This document shows, piece after piece, positions 18,941-27,723 of a stretch of 64,000 bases of DNA. The first letter of the stretch is position 1, and the number at the start of each line of letters is the position of its first letter. This DNA comes from an uncultured bacterium. Its GTDB lineage: Bacteria; Patescibacteriota; Saccharimonadia; UBA4664; SCTI01. The notes under the pieces were generated by a model that had not been told where the DNA came from, did not search any database, and was given only the letters and a program-made list of their open reading frames with translations. The DNA is taken from contig CAVRJJ010000001.1 of NCBI GenBank assembly GCA_963721685.1, forward strand, positions 212,170 through 276,169, written 5' to 3'. The translations under genes and the position numbers were made by a program.

Positions 18941-19675
18941 ATGTTAGCGGGGATAGCTCTCGTCGTTGCCGCTGGTTGCGTTTTTAATAATATTCTCGAC
19001 CGCGCAATCGATAGCGCAATGGCAAGAACACGTACCCGAGCTTTAGTAAGCGGCACCATTAGCCCCAAGCAGGCCCTTAGCTATGGCTTAATGCTCGGCA
19101 CTATCGGATTGCTTATATTAGCGGTCGGTACCAATTTGCTAACAACCGCCCTGGCTTTGGCCGGCCTGGTGATATATGTGGCGGTGTATGGCTTTTGGAA
19201 GCGGCGTTCAGTGCATGGAACGCTAGTAGGAAGTCTGGCCGGGGCTGTTCCGCTGGTAGCCGGTTACTGCGCCGCTTCTAACCAATTTGATAGGGGGGCG
19301 TGGCTTTTATTTATTATCCTGGCGCTTTGGCAAATGCCCCACTTTTACGCGATTGCCATGTACCGTTTAGGCGACTACAAAGCCGCCAAACTCCCGGTTT
19401 TACCGGCGGTAAAAGGCATGAAAGCCACAAAGCGCTCGATATTGGGTTATATTTTAGCGTTTATCATTGCCACTTCAACCCTAACCGTCTTTGGCTACAC
19501 CGGATACAGTTTCGCGGGCGTTATGATAATCCTTGGCCTAGCCTGGTTTATAAAGGGTGTCCGCGGCTTGCACGTGGAAGATAACACGAAATGGGCACGT
19601 TCAATGTTTAGTTTTTCGTTAGTGGTTTTGATGAGCCTGTCAGTTATGCTGTCGGTTGGCGCGATACTGCCATAA
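18941..19675 (+). CDS. cyoE: protoheme IX farnesyltransferase (heme O synthase); conserved N-terminal region extends in frame to 18812 without an ATG/GTG/TTG
   Basis: UbiA-family motifs (NxxxDxxxD-like NNILDRAIDSAM, YxxxxxR). The in-frame upstream translation ...ARYYWLVKPGIVYGNSITASAGYFLAAQG matches CyoE/CtaB N-termini. Confidence 0.8.
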   Translation: MLAGIALVVAAGCVFNNILDRAIDSAMARTRTRALVSGTISPKQALSYGLMLGTIGLLILAVGTNLLTTALALAGLVIYVAVYGFWKRRSVHGTLVGSLAGAVPLVAGYCAASNQFDRGAWLLFIILALWQMPHFYAIAMYRLGDYKAAKLPVLPAVKGMKATKRSILGYILAFIIATSTLTVFGYTGYSFAGVMIILGLAWFIKGVRGLHVEDNTKWARSMFSFSLVVLMSLSVMLSVGAILP

Positions 19676-19691
19676 CCGTTATAATAAACCT

Positions 19692-19946
19692 ATGATTTTA
19701 CTGCTCCATATTAGCGTTGCCTTGATTAGTATTGCTTACACCACTTATCTTTGGTTCTCGCCGTCAAAGGCCAAGTTTAAGGTAAGTTATATTCTGGTAG
19801 GACTCACCTTAATCAGCGGCACTTTTTTAGTTGCTAGCCAGCCTGCCCACATGATTCAAGCCTGCACCTCAGGCCTTATTTACACCACCTTGGTCTCGGC
19901 GGTTATTGCCGCTTCCCGCCAAAAGGCCGCCCGCGTTCGTGCCTAG
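19692..19946 (+). CDS. small 2-TM membrane protein, unknown
   Basis: Two hydrophobic helices. The start was chosen at the internal Met. Confidence 0.3.
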   Translation: MILLLHISVALISIAYTTYLWFSPSKAKFKVSYILVGLTLISGTFLVASQPAHMIQACTSGLIYTTLVSAVIAASRQKAARVRA

Positions 19947-19985
19947 CGCTTGCCGACCAAAGCATAACTAGTTTATGCTGACGGT

Positions 19986-21590
19986 ATGTCAGACACAATT
20001 CCCTGGTACAAGCATGCCGTGATTTATCAGATTTATCCCCGTAGCTTTGCGGACTCAAACGGCGACGGGGTAGGGGATCTGCAGGGTATAACCAACCATT
20101 TGGATTATTTAGCAGATCTGGGTGTTGACGCCTTGTGGCTATCACCGATTTTTGAATCGCCCATGGCCGACTTCGGATACGATATTTCCGACTACCAAAG
20201 TATTGATCCGGACTTTGGAACACTGGCCGATTGCGAGCGGCTTATTAAAGAGGCCCATCGCTGTGGCCTTAAGATATTAATGGATCTAGTGCCCAACCAT
20301 AGCTCCAGCCAACATCCCTGGTTCCTGGAATCAAAATCATCATCTGCCAATGCCAAGCGCGATTGGTATGTTTGGAAAGACCCCAAGCCGGACGGCTCAG
20401 AACCTAACAACTGGGGAAGCGTGTTTGGTGGACCGGCCTGGACATTTGATGAAACCACTAACCAATACTACCTGCATAGTTTCCTTAAGGAGCAACCTGA
20501 CCTCAACTGGGCAAATCCGGAAGTACAGCGTGCCATTCAAGAAGCAATGCGTTTCTGGTATGACCGCGGGGTAGACGGCTTCCGGGTTGACGCTATCCTG
20601 TTTACCGCCAAAGACGCGGACTTCCGCGATAACCCTGACAGAAATAGCTCAAAAATGATGACAATTGAAGCCGATAGCGAATATATTGAAGAAGTACTTG
20701 AGACAGCTTATAGCTACGGAGTTAGTAAACATCTGGCTGAGTATATTGGCGTACTCACCGAGGTAACCAAAGAATATGACGAACGCTGCTTGTTCCTGGA
20801 GGCCTACCCCGACAACTATCATCCCCAAGGCTTTGCCGACCTTTACAAATATTGTGATACCAGCGTGGCAGCCTTCTTTTACTTCGGTTTGCTGGCGGCG
20901 GCCGAAGGCTGGGAAGCCGATAAGTTTAAACACTGGGTCAACGGGTTTCAGGCAGCCATCCCTCATGACGGCATTCCAACTTACGTTCTTGGCAACCATG
21001 ATATTAGCCGTCTGGTAAGCCGCATTGGGCGAAAGGCCGCGCCGGCGGCAGCGCTAGCATTATTGACCCTGCCGGGAGCAAAGTTTATTTACTACGGTGA
21101 AGAGCTTGGCATGGCTGATGTTTCCATCCCCCCTGAACTGGCCCATGATCCCAGCCCGGTTACCCGCGACCCGGAACGTACTCCTATGCAGTGGACAGCC
21201 GGCCCGCAGGCTGGCTTTTCCAGGCACACACCATGGCTGCCGCTGGAGCGGGACTACAAGCACCGCAATGTTGAAACCCTGGCCCAAGACGAGCAGTCGC
21301 TGCTAAGGTTGTACCGTCACCTCATAAGCCTTCACAGGGACCATCCAGCGTTAAGGGCAGGAGACTATCTGCCACTCACCACCGGCCACGCGCAGGTGTT
21401 TGGCTTTAAACGGACCCTTGGCAAACAATCGGTCACGATTCTCATTAATTTTTCGGCTAAGGCAGTCGTTGCCAAAACAAAAGGGGGTAAAGCAAAGCTG
21501 CTGGCTTCCAGCCGTATGGACGAGCGCGACATTATGATTAACCTTGCCAGCCCTAGCTTGCGCCCCTATGAAGCGATTGTAGCTGAATGA
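19986..21590 (+). CDS. GH13 alpha-glucosidase / oligo-1,6-glucosidase family
   Basis: Motifs YQIYPRSF, DLVPNHSS, GFRVDA and EEVLE. Confidence 0.9.
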   Translation: MSDTIPWYKHAVIYQIYPRSFADSNGDGVGDLQGITNHLDYLADLGVDALWLSPIFESPMADFGYDISDYQSIDPDFGTLADCERLIKEAHRCGLKILMDLVPNHSSSQHPWFLESKSSSANAKRDWYVWKDPKPDGSEPNNWGSVFGGPAWTFDETTNQYYLHSFLKEQPDLNWANPEVQRAIQEAMRFWYDRGVDGFRVDAILFTAKDADFRDNPDRNSSKMMTIEADSEYIEEVLETAYSYGVSKHLAEYIGVLTEVTKEYDERCLFLEAYPDNYHPQGFADLYKYCDTSVAAFFYFGLLAAAEGWEADKFKHWVNGFQAAIPHDGIPTYVLGNHDISRLVSRIGRKAAPAAALALLTLPGAKFIYYGEELGMADVSIPPELAHDPSPVTRDPERTPMQWTAGPQAGFSRHTPWLPLERDYKHRNVETLAQDEQSLLRLYRHLISLHRDHPALRAGDYLPLTTGHAQVFGFKRTLGKQSVTILINFSAKAVVAKTKGGKAKLLASSRMDERDIMINLASPSLRPYEAIVAE

Positions 21591-22039
21591 AAATCCACTA
21601 TAGCTTGCTTATTAAGGCCCCAATAGAAACGGTTTTCGCATTTGTAGAAGTAGAAGATAGCACAAAAAAATGGAATCCCATTCTTGAAGAGGTTACCAAC
21701 CCGGACGGCTTTAATCCAAAGCATCCGGTGGGAACCAAATTTGTCCAGGCCGTCCGCGAACCAAAAGCCGTGCAACACCTTATTGGTAAGGTAACCGCCT
21801 ACAATAAACCCCACTTGCTTGGCTTAACCCTTACCCACTACGACTACACCGCCCGGATGACATATCGCTTAACCCGTGAAAACAAAGGAACCTTGGTTGA
21901 TTTGGAATCTGATTTAACCAGTACTAACTGGTTCCACAGCTTATTCTTACCGGTAATGCAGTTTTTTAATAAGCGGCAAATTATCCGACAAATGTACCAG
22001 CTTAGGATAGCGGCCGAAAAAAAAGTAAAAAAGTCTTGA
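21587..22039 (+). CDS. SRPBCC-superfamily protein (polyketide cyclase/START-like)
   Basis: 150 aa. N-terminus MKIHYSLLIKAPIETVFAFV is typical. Confidence 0.5.
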   Translation: MKIHYSLLIKAPIETVFAFVEVEDSTKKWNPILEEVTNPDGFNPKHPVGTKFVQAVREPKAVQHLIGKVTAYNKPHLLGLTLTHYDYTARMTYRLTRENKGTLVDLESDLTSTNWFHSLFLPVMQFFNKRQIIRQMYQLRIAAEKKVKKS

Positions 22040-22192
22040 CGCCATTTGGACGCGGCGGTGTATACTTCTAAGTACCATCGTTGAGGTGGTAGGTAGACGA
22101 CAGAAATGCCCCTACCGCAAAAAGGAGCCCGTTAAACGGCTTCCTTTTTGTTTTTACGATGTGCTTGAAATATTCACGGATTAGTTCATAGA

Positions 22193-22222
22193 TTGACAAG
22201 TACCATAATAATATGTTATTAT
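22193..22222 (+). promoter_or_regulatory. sigma70-type promoter TTGACA(22193..22198)-N18-TGtTATTAT(22214..22222) upstream of high-GC ORF 22320..22748
   Basis: Same -35/extended -10 pattern as at 319..348 and 3312..3340. Confidence 0.4.
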
Positions 22223-22319
22223 CTCACAAACCAAAAAGGAGCAAAAAACAGTTGTAAACTGCTTATGCCTCAAGTAGTGTAAGGGCAAGGACCTACAACG
22301 ATGGGGAGTTCTTTACCAC

Positions 22320-22748
22320 ATGCCAGTACCAGCGACATCGCCGCTACGGCTCGTCACCGCGAGCCATCCTGCCGTACCAGCCGAACGGCCGCGTCTCAGA
22401 GCTGTACCTGATGCAACCGATGTGACGGCTTTCGATCTCGAGGAGCTCGACCTTGAAGGGGCGGAAGTCGCCTTCGCCGAGATCTACCGCGCATACCTGC
22501 TGTACTTCGGTCCCACCGACGCCAGCCAGCGTCTCGAAGACCTCCGCTTGGAGTTCAGCCTCGGGTTCACGCCCCTGGACGATCTTCTCGAGCAGAACCG
22601 GGCCCTCATCGACGGCCTGAGTCAGGGCATGGGCAACCAGCTCACGGCAGGCTCCAAGTGCAATCCGCTCATGACGCCGGGATCCACATTCCTCAGCGCA
22701 CCGCGGAGCACGGGACGTCGCGACGAGCTCGAGCCGCTCATCGCCTGA
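22320..22748 (+). CDS. hypothetical protein; foreign-composition high-GC ORF (cassette 3)
   Basis: 142 aa, acidic and Leu/Asp/Glu-rich, with strong GC3 bias. No family recognised. Confidence 0.5.
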   Translation: MPVPATSPLRLVTASHPAVPAERPRLRAVPDATDVTAFDLEELDLEGAEVAFAEIYRAYLLYFGPTDASQRLEDLRLEFSLGFTPLDDLLEQNRALIDGLSQGMGNQLTAGSKCNPLMTPGSTFLSAPRSTGRRDELEPLIA

Positions 22749-22764
22749 CGGCACTTCCTGGTTC

Positions 22765-22857
22765 GCCGCCTCCTAATTGCAATCGGATTCGTTCCGATCA
22801 TTAGGAGGCGGCGCAACCGCGGCACCTCTCTTAGCAGCTACGAAAAGGAGGGGTGCC
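22765..22857. terminator. long perfect hairpin GCCGCCTCCTAAT-(22 nt)-ATTAGGAGGCGGC (22765..22812) plus a second imperfect hairpin (22821..22857) between convergent genes
   Basis: 13-bp perfect stem seen directly. Likely a bidirectional terminator for ORF 22320 (+) and cfa (-). Confidence 0.5.
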
Positions 22858-22873
22858 TTCCTCCTGGAATCAT

Positions 22874-24055
22874 TTAAGCTTTATACAAGAATTCCCGGGT
22901 GAGCGGCAAGTCGTTATTAATCCCTTTAGTAAAAACCATTTGTGACAAGTCATTAATGCCATGGCGGAAGGACGCGCTGGAACCTGCTAAGTATAGCCGC
23001 CACATTCGAATAAAGCGCTCATCATACATTTTAGTAATTTTCGGCACATGCTTTTCAAAGCGACGTGACCACTCGTCCAAGGTCATAGCGTAATGAATTC
23101 GCAAATTTTCATAATCGGTAAGGCGGAAATTATAGTTTGGCAATAACGACAGGATCTCCCGGGTGCTGGGGATGTAGCCGCCGGGGAAAATGTACTTATC
23201 AATCCAGGGGGAGGTGCCAACTTCGGTTTGCTGGGTAATGGAATGCAGCGCCGAAACACCGCCCGGCTTTAATAGCCCGTCAACTACGTTAAAATAGTGC
23301 CGGTGATTACCGCGCCCAACATGCTCCAAGATTCCCACGCTCACAACTCGGTCATATTGCTTGGTGGCGGGCAAAAGATCCTGATAATTAATATTTTTAA
23401 AGGTTGCCAGGTCGGCGACGCCTTCTTTTTTAGCAAGTTCGGTCGCGAACTCATACTGTTCGCGGCTTAGCGTCACGCCTAAGCCCTTGGCACCGTAGTG
23501 CTTAGCCGCCCGCACCACCAAATGCCCCCAACCGCACCCAAGATCAACAAACTCATGGCCTGGCTGCAACTGAAGCTTACGCAGCACGTGGTCGATCTTT
23601 TGGCGTTGGGCTTGCTCTAAGCTATCTGTGGGGGTGCGGAAATAAGCACAGGTATAGGTCATAGTGTCATCAAGCCACAGCTTATAAAAATCATTCCCCA
23701 GATCGTAGTGGCTTTGAATTAATTTCTTTTGGTTTTGTCGGACATTCTTATTGGGACGGTACACGCGCAACTTGCCTAAGAATGAGTCTACCAGCGTTTG
23801 GTTCTGGTTAATAATTTTTAGCAAGTCGTCCAATCTACCGGTGCGAAATTCAATCCGCCCGTCCATATAGGCCTCTCCAAAGCCTAAATCAGATTTACGC
23901 ACGAGCTCACCGGCGACCTTGGGGTCTTTCAGCAACAAGCTAACAGTTGGCTTGCCGCGACCATAGGTTTGGCGCTCTTCACCCCAATAATCTATCTCAA
24001 GGGCGCCCGTTGTAAAGCTGCCCAAGACCTTGCCCAGTAGCGTTTTTGCTATCAT
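22874..24055 (-). CDS. cfa: cyclopropane-fatty-acyl-phospholipid synthase family methyltransferase
   Basis: SAM-binding VDLGCGWG, LGFGEAYMDG near the N-terminus and YFRTPTDSLEQAQ. The start is set at the internal ATG (24055) to give a canonical length and avoid antisense overlap with the next gene. The longest ORF starts at 24196. Confidence 0.8.
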   Translation of the reverse strand: MIAKTLLGKVLGSFTTGALEIDYWGEERQTYGRGKPTVSLLLKDPKVAGELVRKSDLGFGEAYMDGRIEFRTGRLDDLLKIINQNQTLVDSFLGKLRVYRPNKNVRQNQKKLIQSHYDLGNDFYKLWLDDTMTYTCAYFRTPTDSLEQAQRQKIDHVLRKLQLQPGHEFVDLGCGWGHLVVRAAKHYGAKGLGVTLSREQYEFATELAKKEGVADLATFKNINYQDLLPATKQYDRVVSVGILEHVGRGNHRHYFNVVDGLLKPGGVSALHSITQQTEVGTSPWIDKYIFPGGYIPSTREILSLLPNYNFRLTDYENLRIHYAMTLDEWSRRFEKHVPKITKMYDERFIRMWRLYLAGSSASFRHGINDLSQMVFTKGINNDLPLTREFLYKA

Positions 24056-24128
24056 ATCCCAAATGGTACACCACCCAAAGGGTCGTGAACAATAGCTATA
24101 ATGGCTTTGCAGTCGTACAATTGACGTT

Positions 24129-24656
24129 ATGATTGTACGAATGGCAGCAGTTTGCTCGATAGATGGCAAAATAACCAGGGGAGCCAACGTAGACACGGCC
24201 AGCTGGGCTTCCCCTGAAGACCAAACTCATTTTAGGTCACTGGTAGCAAGCCATGACGTGGTGGTAATGGGACGAAAAACCTATGAGGCATCCCGGCGCT
24301 TAATTGAACGAAACCCGGGCAAGCGGCGGGTAATCCTTACGCGCCATCCTGAAAAATTTGCCAGCGAAGTCATTCCCGTCGAACGCGAGTTTAGCGCTGA
24401 ATCGCCCCAAGCACTCGTTCAGCGGCTGCAGCGCGACGGTATTGAAAGCCTATTAGTGGTGGGCGGGGGGGAGATAAACGGCCTGTTCCTAGCCTCCCCC
24501 CTGGTTGATGAACTTTACCTCACCATAGAACCGGACATTTTTGGCAAGGGAACCGGTTTAGTAAATAATCAGCCGCTTTTGGTACCGCTTCAGCTCATAA
24601 GCCTCAAGCGGCTTAATTCACAGGGAAGCATACTCCTACATTACGGGAGACGCTAG
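24129..24656 (+). CDS. dihydrofolate-reductase-like / RibD C-terminal-domain family reductase
   Basis: MIVRMAAVCSIDGKITRG...VVVMGRKTYEA...ILTRHP pattern. Confidence 0.65.
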   Translation: MIVRMAAVCSIDGKITRGANVDTASWASPEDQTHFRSLVASHDVVVMGRKTYEASRRLIERNPGKRRVILTRHPEKFASEVIPVEREFSAESPQALVQRLQRDGIESLLVVGGGEINGLFLASPLVDELYLTIEPDIFGKGTGLVNNQPLLVPLQLISLKRLNSQGSILLHYGRR

Positions 24657-24694
24657 CCCAGGGGATGTTATCCGGTATATACTAGGGAAAGCTT

Positions 24695-26206
24695 ATGAAA
24701 CGTATTATTCCGACCACGATGGTGTCACAACACCCCGACCACGCCACTATTCCGTTTTGGCATGACCGGGAGTTTATCCGCACCAACTACGAGCCGCGTG
24801 AAGCATATTTTATGTTCGCTGAACTGGGCGTTGAGGAATATAAGTGGGACTGGGAGGGTAAGCTGGTTGATGAATCGGTAATGGAGCGGTTGCTCAGCGA
24901 CTACTACGATTACTTCAAAAAGCACCCGATTGGGCACGACAAATTCATAACCTTCCGGCTGCCTAATCCAAAAGTTGAAACCGAGTTTAGGGTAGGACGG
25001 GCGTTTATGGCTCTGTTGTCTTCCTCGGTATTGGCCAACCACTTCAATCTACCCTCAAAACCGTTGTTCGAAGTAATTTTGCCGATGACGGAAACAGCCA
25101 CAGAATTAATCGATATCAAGGAAGCTTTCGAGGAAATTGCCAGCCTCAAGCATCCGCTGTATCGTTTTAACGAGCAGACCCTGAAATATGTTCAGATGAT
25201 TCCATTGTTTGAAGAGGTGGATACCATTATCCGCTCCGACGAAATTGTAAAAGAATATGTCGCGCTGCACGAGAAGGCTTTTGGATCGCCTCCCGGTTAT
25301 ATCCGCCCCTATATTGCGCGGTCTGACCCGGCGCTGAATTCCGGCATGGTGGCAACGGTGCTCGCCACCAAAATTGCCCTATCGCGCTACAAGCGCTATT
25401 CCGAAGCCTCAGGCATTCCGATGTATCCAATCCTTGGTTCCGCCTCGCTGCCGTTCCGCGGCGGCCTCACCCCTTATTCAGTGGAAGCCTTTGCAAATGA
25501 GTATAAGGGCATTCGCACCGCCCTGCTCCAAAGTGCCTTCCGTTACGACTACCCCAAGGACGACGTTATCAAAGCCGTTAAGCAACTCCACGAGTTGCTA
25601 CCAAAAGCGCAACCCGCCAGCGTCCCGCCAGCTGATGAAGCCGAGCTGATTAAGATTATTCCGGCTTTTGAAGCCGCCTATCGTTCAACCGTAGAAGGCA
25701 TCGCGGAGACAATCAACCATCTCGCTTCCCAACTCCCCAGGCGGCGCGAGCGGGTGCAACACATTGGCCTATTCGGTTATTCCCGAGGGGTGGGCGGGGT
25801 TAAGCTGCCGCGGGCAATCGGATTTACCGCGGCACTCTACTCACTTGGTACGCCACCGGAATTTATTGGTACCGGACGCGGCCTGCGTGAAGCCAGAAAA
25901 CAAGGAAAGCTGGATCTCCTGGAAAAATATTATCTCAACATAAAGGCAGACCTGATGCGCGCTGGCAAATTTATTAATCAAGACGTTTTAGCCAAATTAG
26001 CCGCCACCAACCCATCGTGGGAAGGCATTCAGGAAGACATTCGAGAGATTGAATCCTACCTGGGCATAAAGTTGGAGCCAGAAACCGACGAGGAACGGCA
26101 GCACCACGACCTAACCACCCAGATTTATGACCACCTAACCAATGAAGGTGAAGCGTTAACAGATCTCATTGAATCGGCGGCGCGTATGCGTCACAGTATG
26201 GGATAG
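24695..26206 (+). CDS. ppcA: archaeal-type phosphoenolpyruvate carboxylase (PpcA family)
   Basis: N-terminus IPTTMVSQHPDHATIPFW resembles the atPEPC signature (MSTQHPDN). The length is about 500 aa, against about 900 for bacterial Ppc. Confidence 0.6.
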   Translation: MKRIIPTTMVSQHPDHATIPFWHDREFIRTNYEPREAYFMFAELGVEEYKWDWEGKLVDESVMERLLSDYYDYFKKHPIGHDKFITFRLPNPKVETEFRVGRAFMALLSSSVLANHFNLPSKPLFEVILPMTETATELIDIKEAFEEIASLKHPLYRFNEQTLKYVQMIPLFEEVDTIIRSDEIVKEYVALHEKAFGSPPGYIRPYIARSDPALNSGMVATVLATKIALSRYKRYSEASGIPMYPILGSASLPFRGGLTPYSVEAFANEYKGIRTALLQSAFRYDYPKDDVIKAVKQLHELLPKAQPASVPPADEAELIKIIPAFEAAYRSTVEGIAETINHLASQLPRRRERVQHIGLFGYSRGVGGVKLPRAIGFTAALYSLGTPPEFIGTGRGLREARKQGKLDLLEKYYLNIKADLMRAGKFINQDVLAKLAATNPSWEGIQEDIREIESYLGIKLEPETDEERQHHDLTTQIYDHLTNEGEALTDLIESAARMRHSMG

Positions 26207-26216
26207 GAGGAATATC

Positions 26217-27428
26217 ATGCTACAAACCGCCCATGCCTTCATTAACCGAGCCGGACACAAACTTAAGCTTAGCGAAGCAGAAATTAAAGATATCCTGCAG
26301 CCAAACGCTGAGCACCAGTTTGATATCGCGCTCAAAGACGGCAAAACATTTAAAGGTTACCGCGTTCAGCACAACAATAAGCGCGGCCCTTATAAAGGGG
26401 GGATTCGCTTCCACCCGGAAGTGAACCTTGAAGAAGTGCGCGCGCTGGCCACCCTTATGAGCTTAAAGACCGCGGCGGTTGGACTTCCGCTCGGCGGCGG
26501 GAAAGGCGGCGTTGCGGTTAACCCGCGTGAACTAAGTGCCTGGGAACTCGAAGAAATCAGCCGGCAGTTTGTGGCCAACCTGCACCCGCACATCGGCCCG
26601 GACAAGGATGTTCCGGCTCCTGACGTGAATACCAATTCAGCCATCATTGACTGGATGGTGGATGAGTATGAAAAACGCACCGGCGATACTACTAAAGCCA
26701 GCTTTACCGGCAAGAGCCTTGGCAATGGAGGGAGCTTAGGCAGGGATGCCGCCACCGGCAGGGGAGGAGTTTTTGCGCTACGCGAGGTATTGCGCCACGA
26801 GGGCAATGAAGGCAAGCCGCTCACCGTTGCCGTTGAAGGTTTTGGAAACGTAGGGTCGTTTTTTGCTACAGTAAGCGCCGAAGACCATCATGAGTGGAAG
26901 TTGCTCGCGGCCGGGGATTCAAAAAGCGGCCTTTACTCAGATGAAGGACTGGCCCCCACCACACTTGCCCATTACAAGCGCGAGGGCGGCAGTTTTAAGG
27001 AATACAACGAGGAAAACGTATCCCTAATTGGCAAAGACGAGCTGCTTGCCATGGATGTCGATGTGTTGGTGTTGGCCGCACTGGGCGATACGATCACCGA
27101 AGCAAACATGGCGACCATCAAAGCCAGCTATATTTTAGAGCTGTCCAACGCGCCACTTAACGAGACCGCCCACGACTATTTATCGAAAAAGGGAGTCGTT
27201 ATTGTACCAGACATTATTGCCAACTCCGGCGGGGTGATTGTCAGCTATCTTGAATGGATGCAAAACCGCCAAGACGAGCATTGGACGGAAGCCCAAGTGA
27301 ACCAACGATTAGAAAAATACATGGTGATGGCAGTTGACGATCTGTGGGATCTTGCCCAAAAAGAGGGCGTTGGACTGCGCGAAGCTGCCTTTATGCTGGC
27401 TATGCAACGCCTTACAGTGCGCGATTAA
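26217..27428 (+). CDS. gdh: Glu/Leu/Phe/Val dehydrogenase family (glutamate dehydrogenase-like)
   Basis: Motifs KGGIRFHP and GLPLGGGKGG, plus a Rossmann GFGNVGS. The ATG at 26217 is preceded by GGAGG. Confidence 0.9.
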   Translation: MLQTAHAFINRAGHKLKLSEAEIKDILQPNAEHQFDIALKDGKTFKGYRVQHNNKRGPYKGGIRFHPEVNLEEVRALATLMSLKTAAVGLPLGGGKGGVAVNPRELSAWELEEISRQFVANLHPHIGPDKDVPAPDVNTNSAIIDWMVDEYEKRTGDTTKASFTGKSLGNGGSLGRDAATGRGGVFALREVLRHEGNEGKPLTVAVEGFGNVGSFFATVSAEDHHEWKLLAAGDSKSGLYSDEGLAPTTLAHYKREGGSFKEYNEENVSLIGKDELLAMDVDVLVLAALGDTITEANMATIKASYILELSNAPLNETAHDYLSKKGVVIVPDIIANSGGVIVSYLEWMQNRQDEHWTEAQVNQRLEKYMVMAVDDLWDLAQKEGVGLREAAFMLAMQRLTVRD

Positions 27429-27464
27429 CTACTCGGTGCTTTACACTGTTTTCCTGATTTAGTG

Positions 27465-27545
27465 TTTGTAGGATACTAAATTCAGGTTAAATTGTTATTA
27501 AAAATGCCCTGCAGTAGTATCCTAGGGACACTATTTTGGTGAAAC
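27465..27545 (+). promoter_or_regulatory. conserved intergenic element, copy A (GGATACT ...38 nt... AGTATCC inverted repeat; candidate promoter/operator or structured 5' leader)
   Basis: 71% ungapped identity over 75 nt with 59652..59726. Lies upstream of the DEAD-box helicase gene. Confidence 0.4.
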
Positions 27546-27723
27546 AATCTAGTGCGCAACGTACCCACGACGAGATCTACTGGTAGGGGTATTGTCAAAT
27601 CCCGTTAGGTATGCTATAGTTACTTTAATTGCTATCATGATAAATGCCGAGTCTTTCTACCTATCTCGTTGTTTGTCTCTGGGCGAGAAACACGAGAACC
27701 AATAATCAGAAAGGCATAATTTT

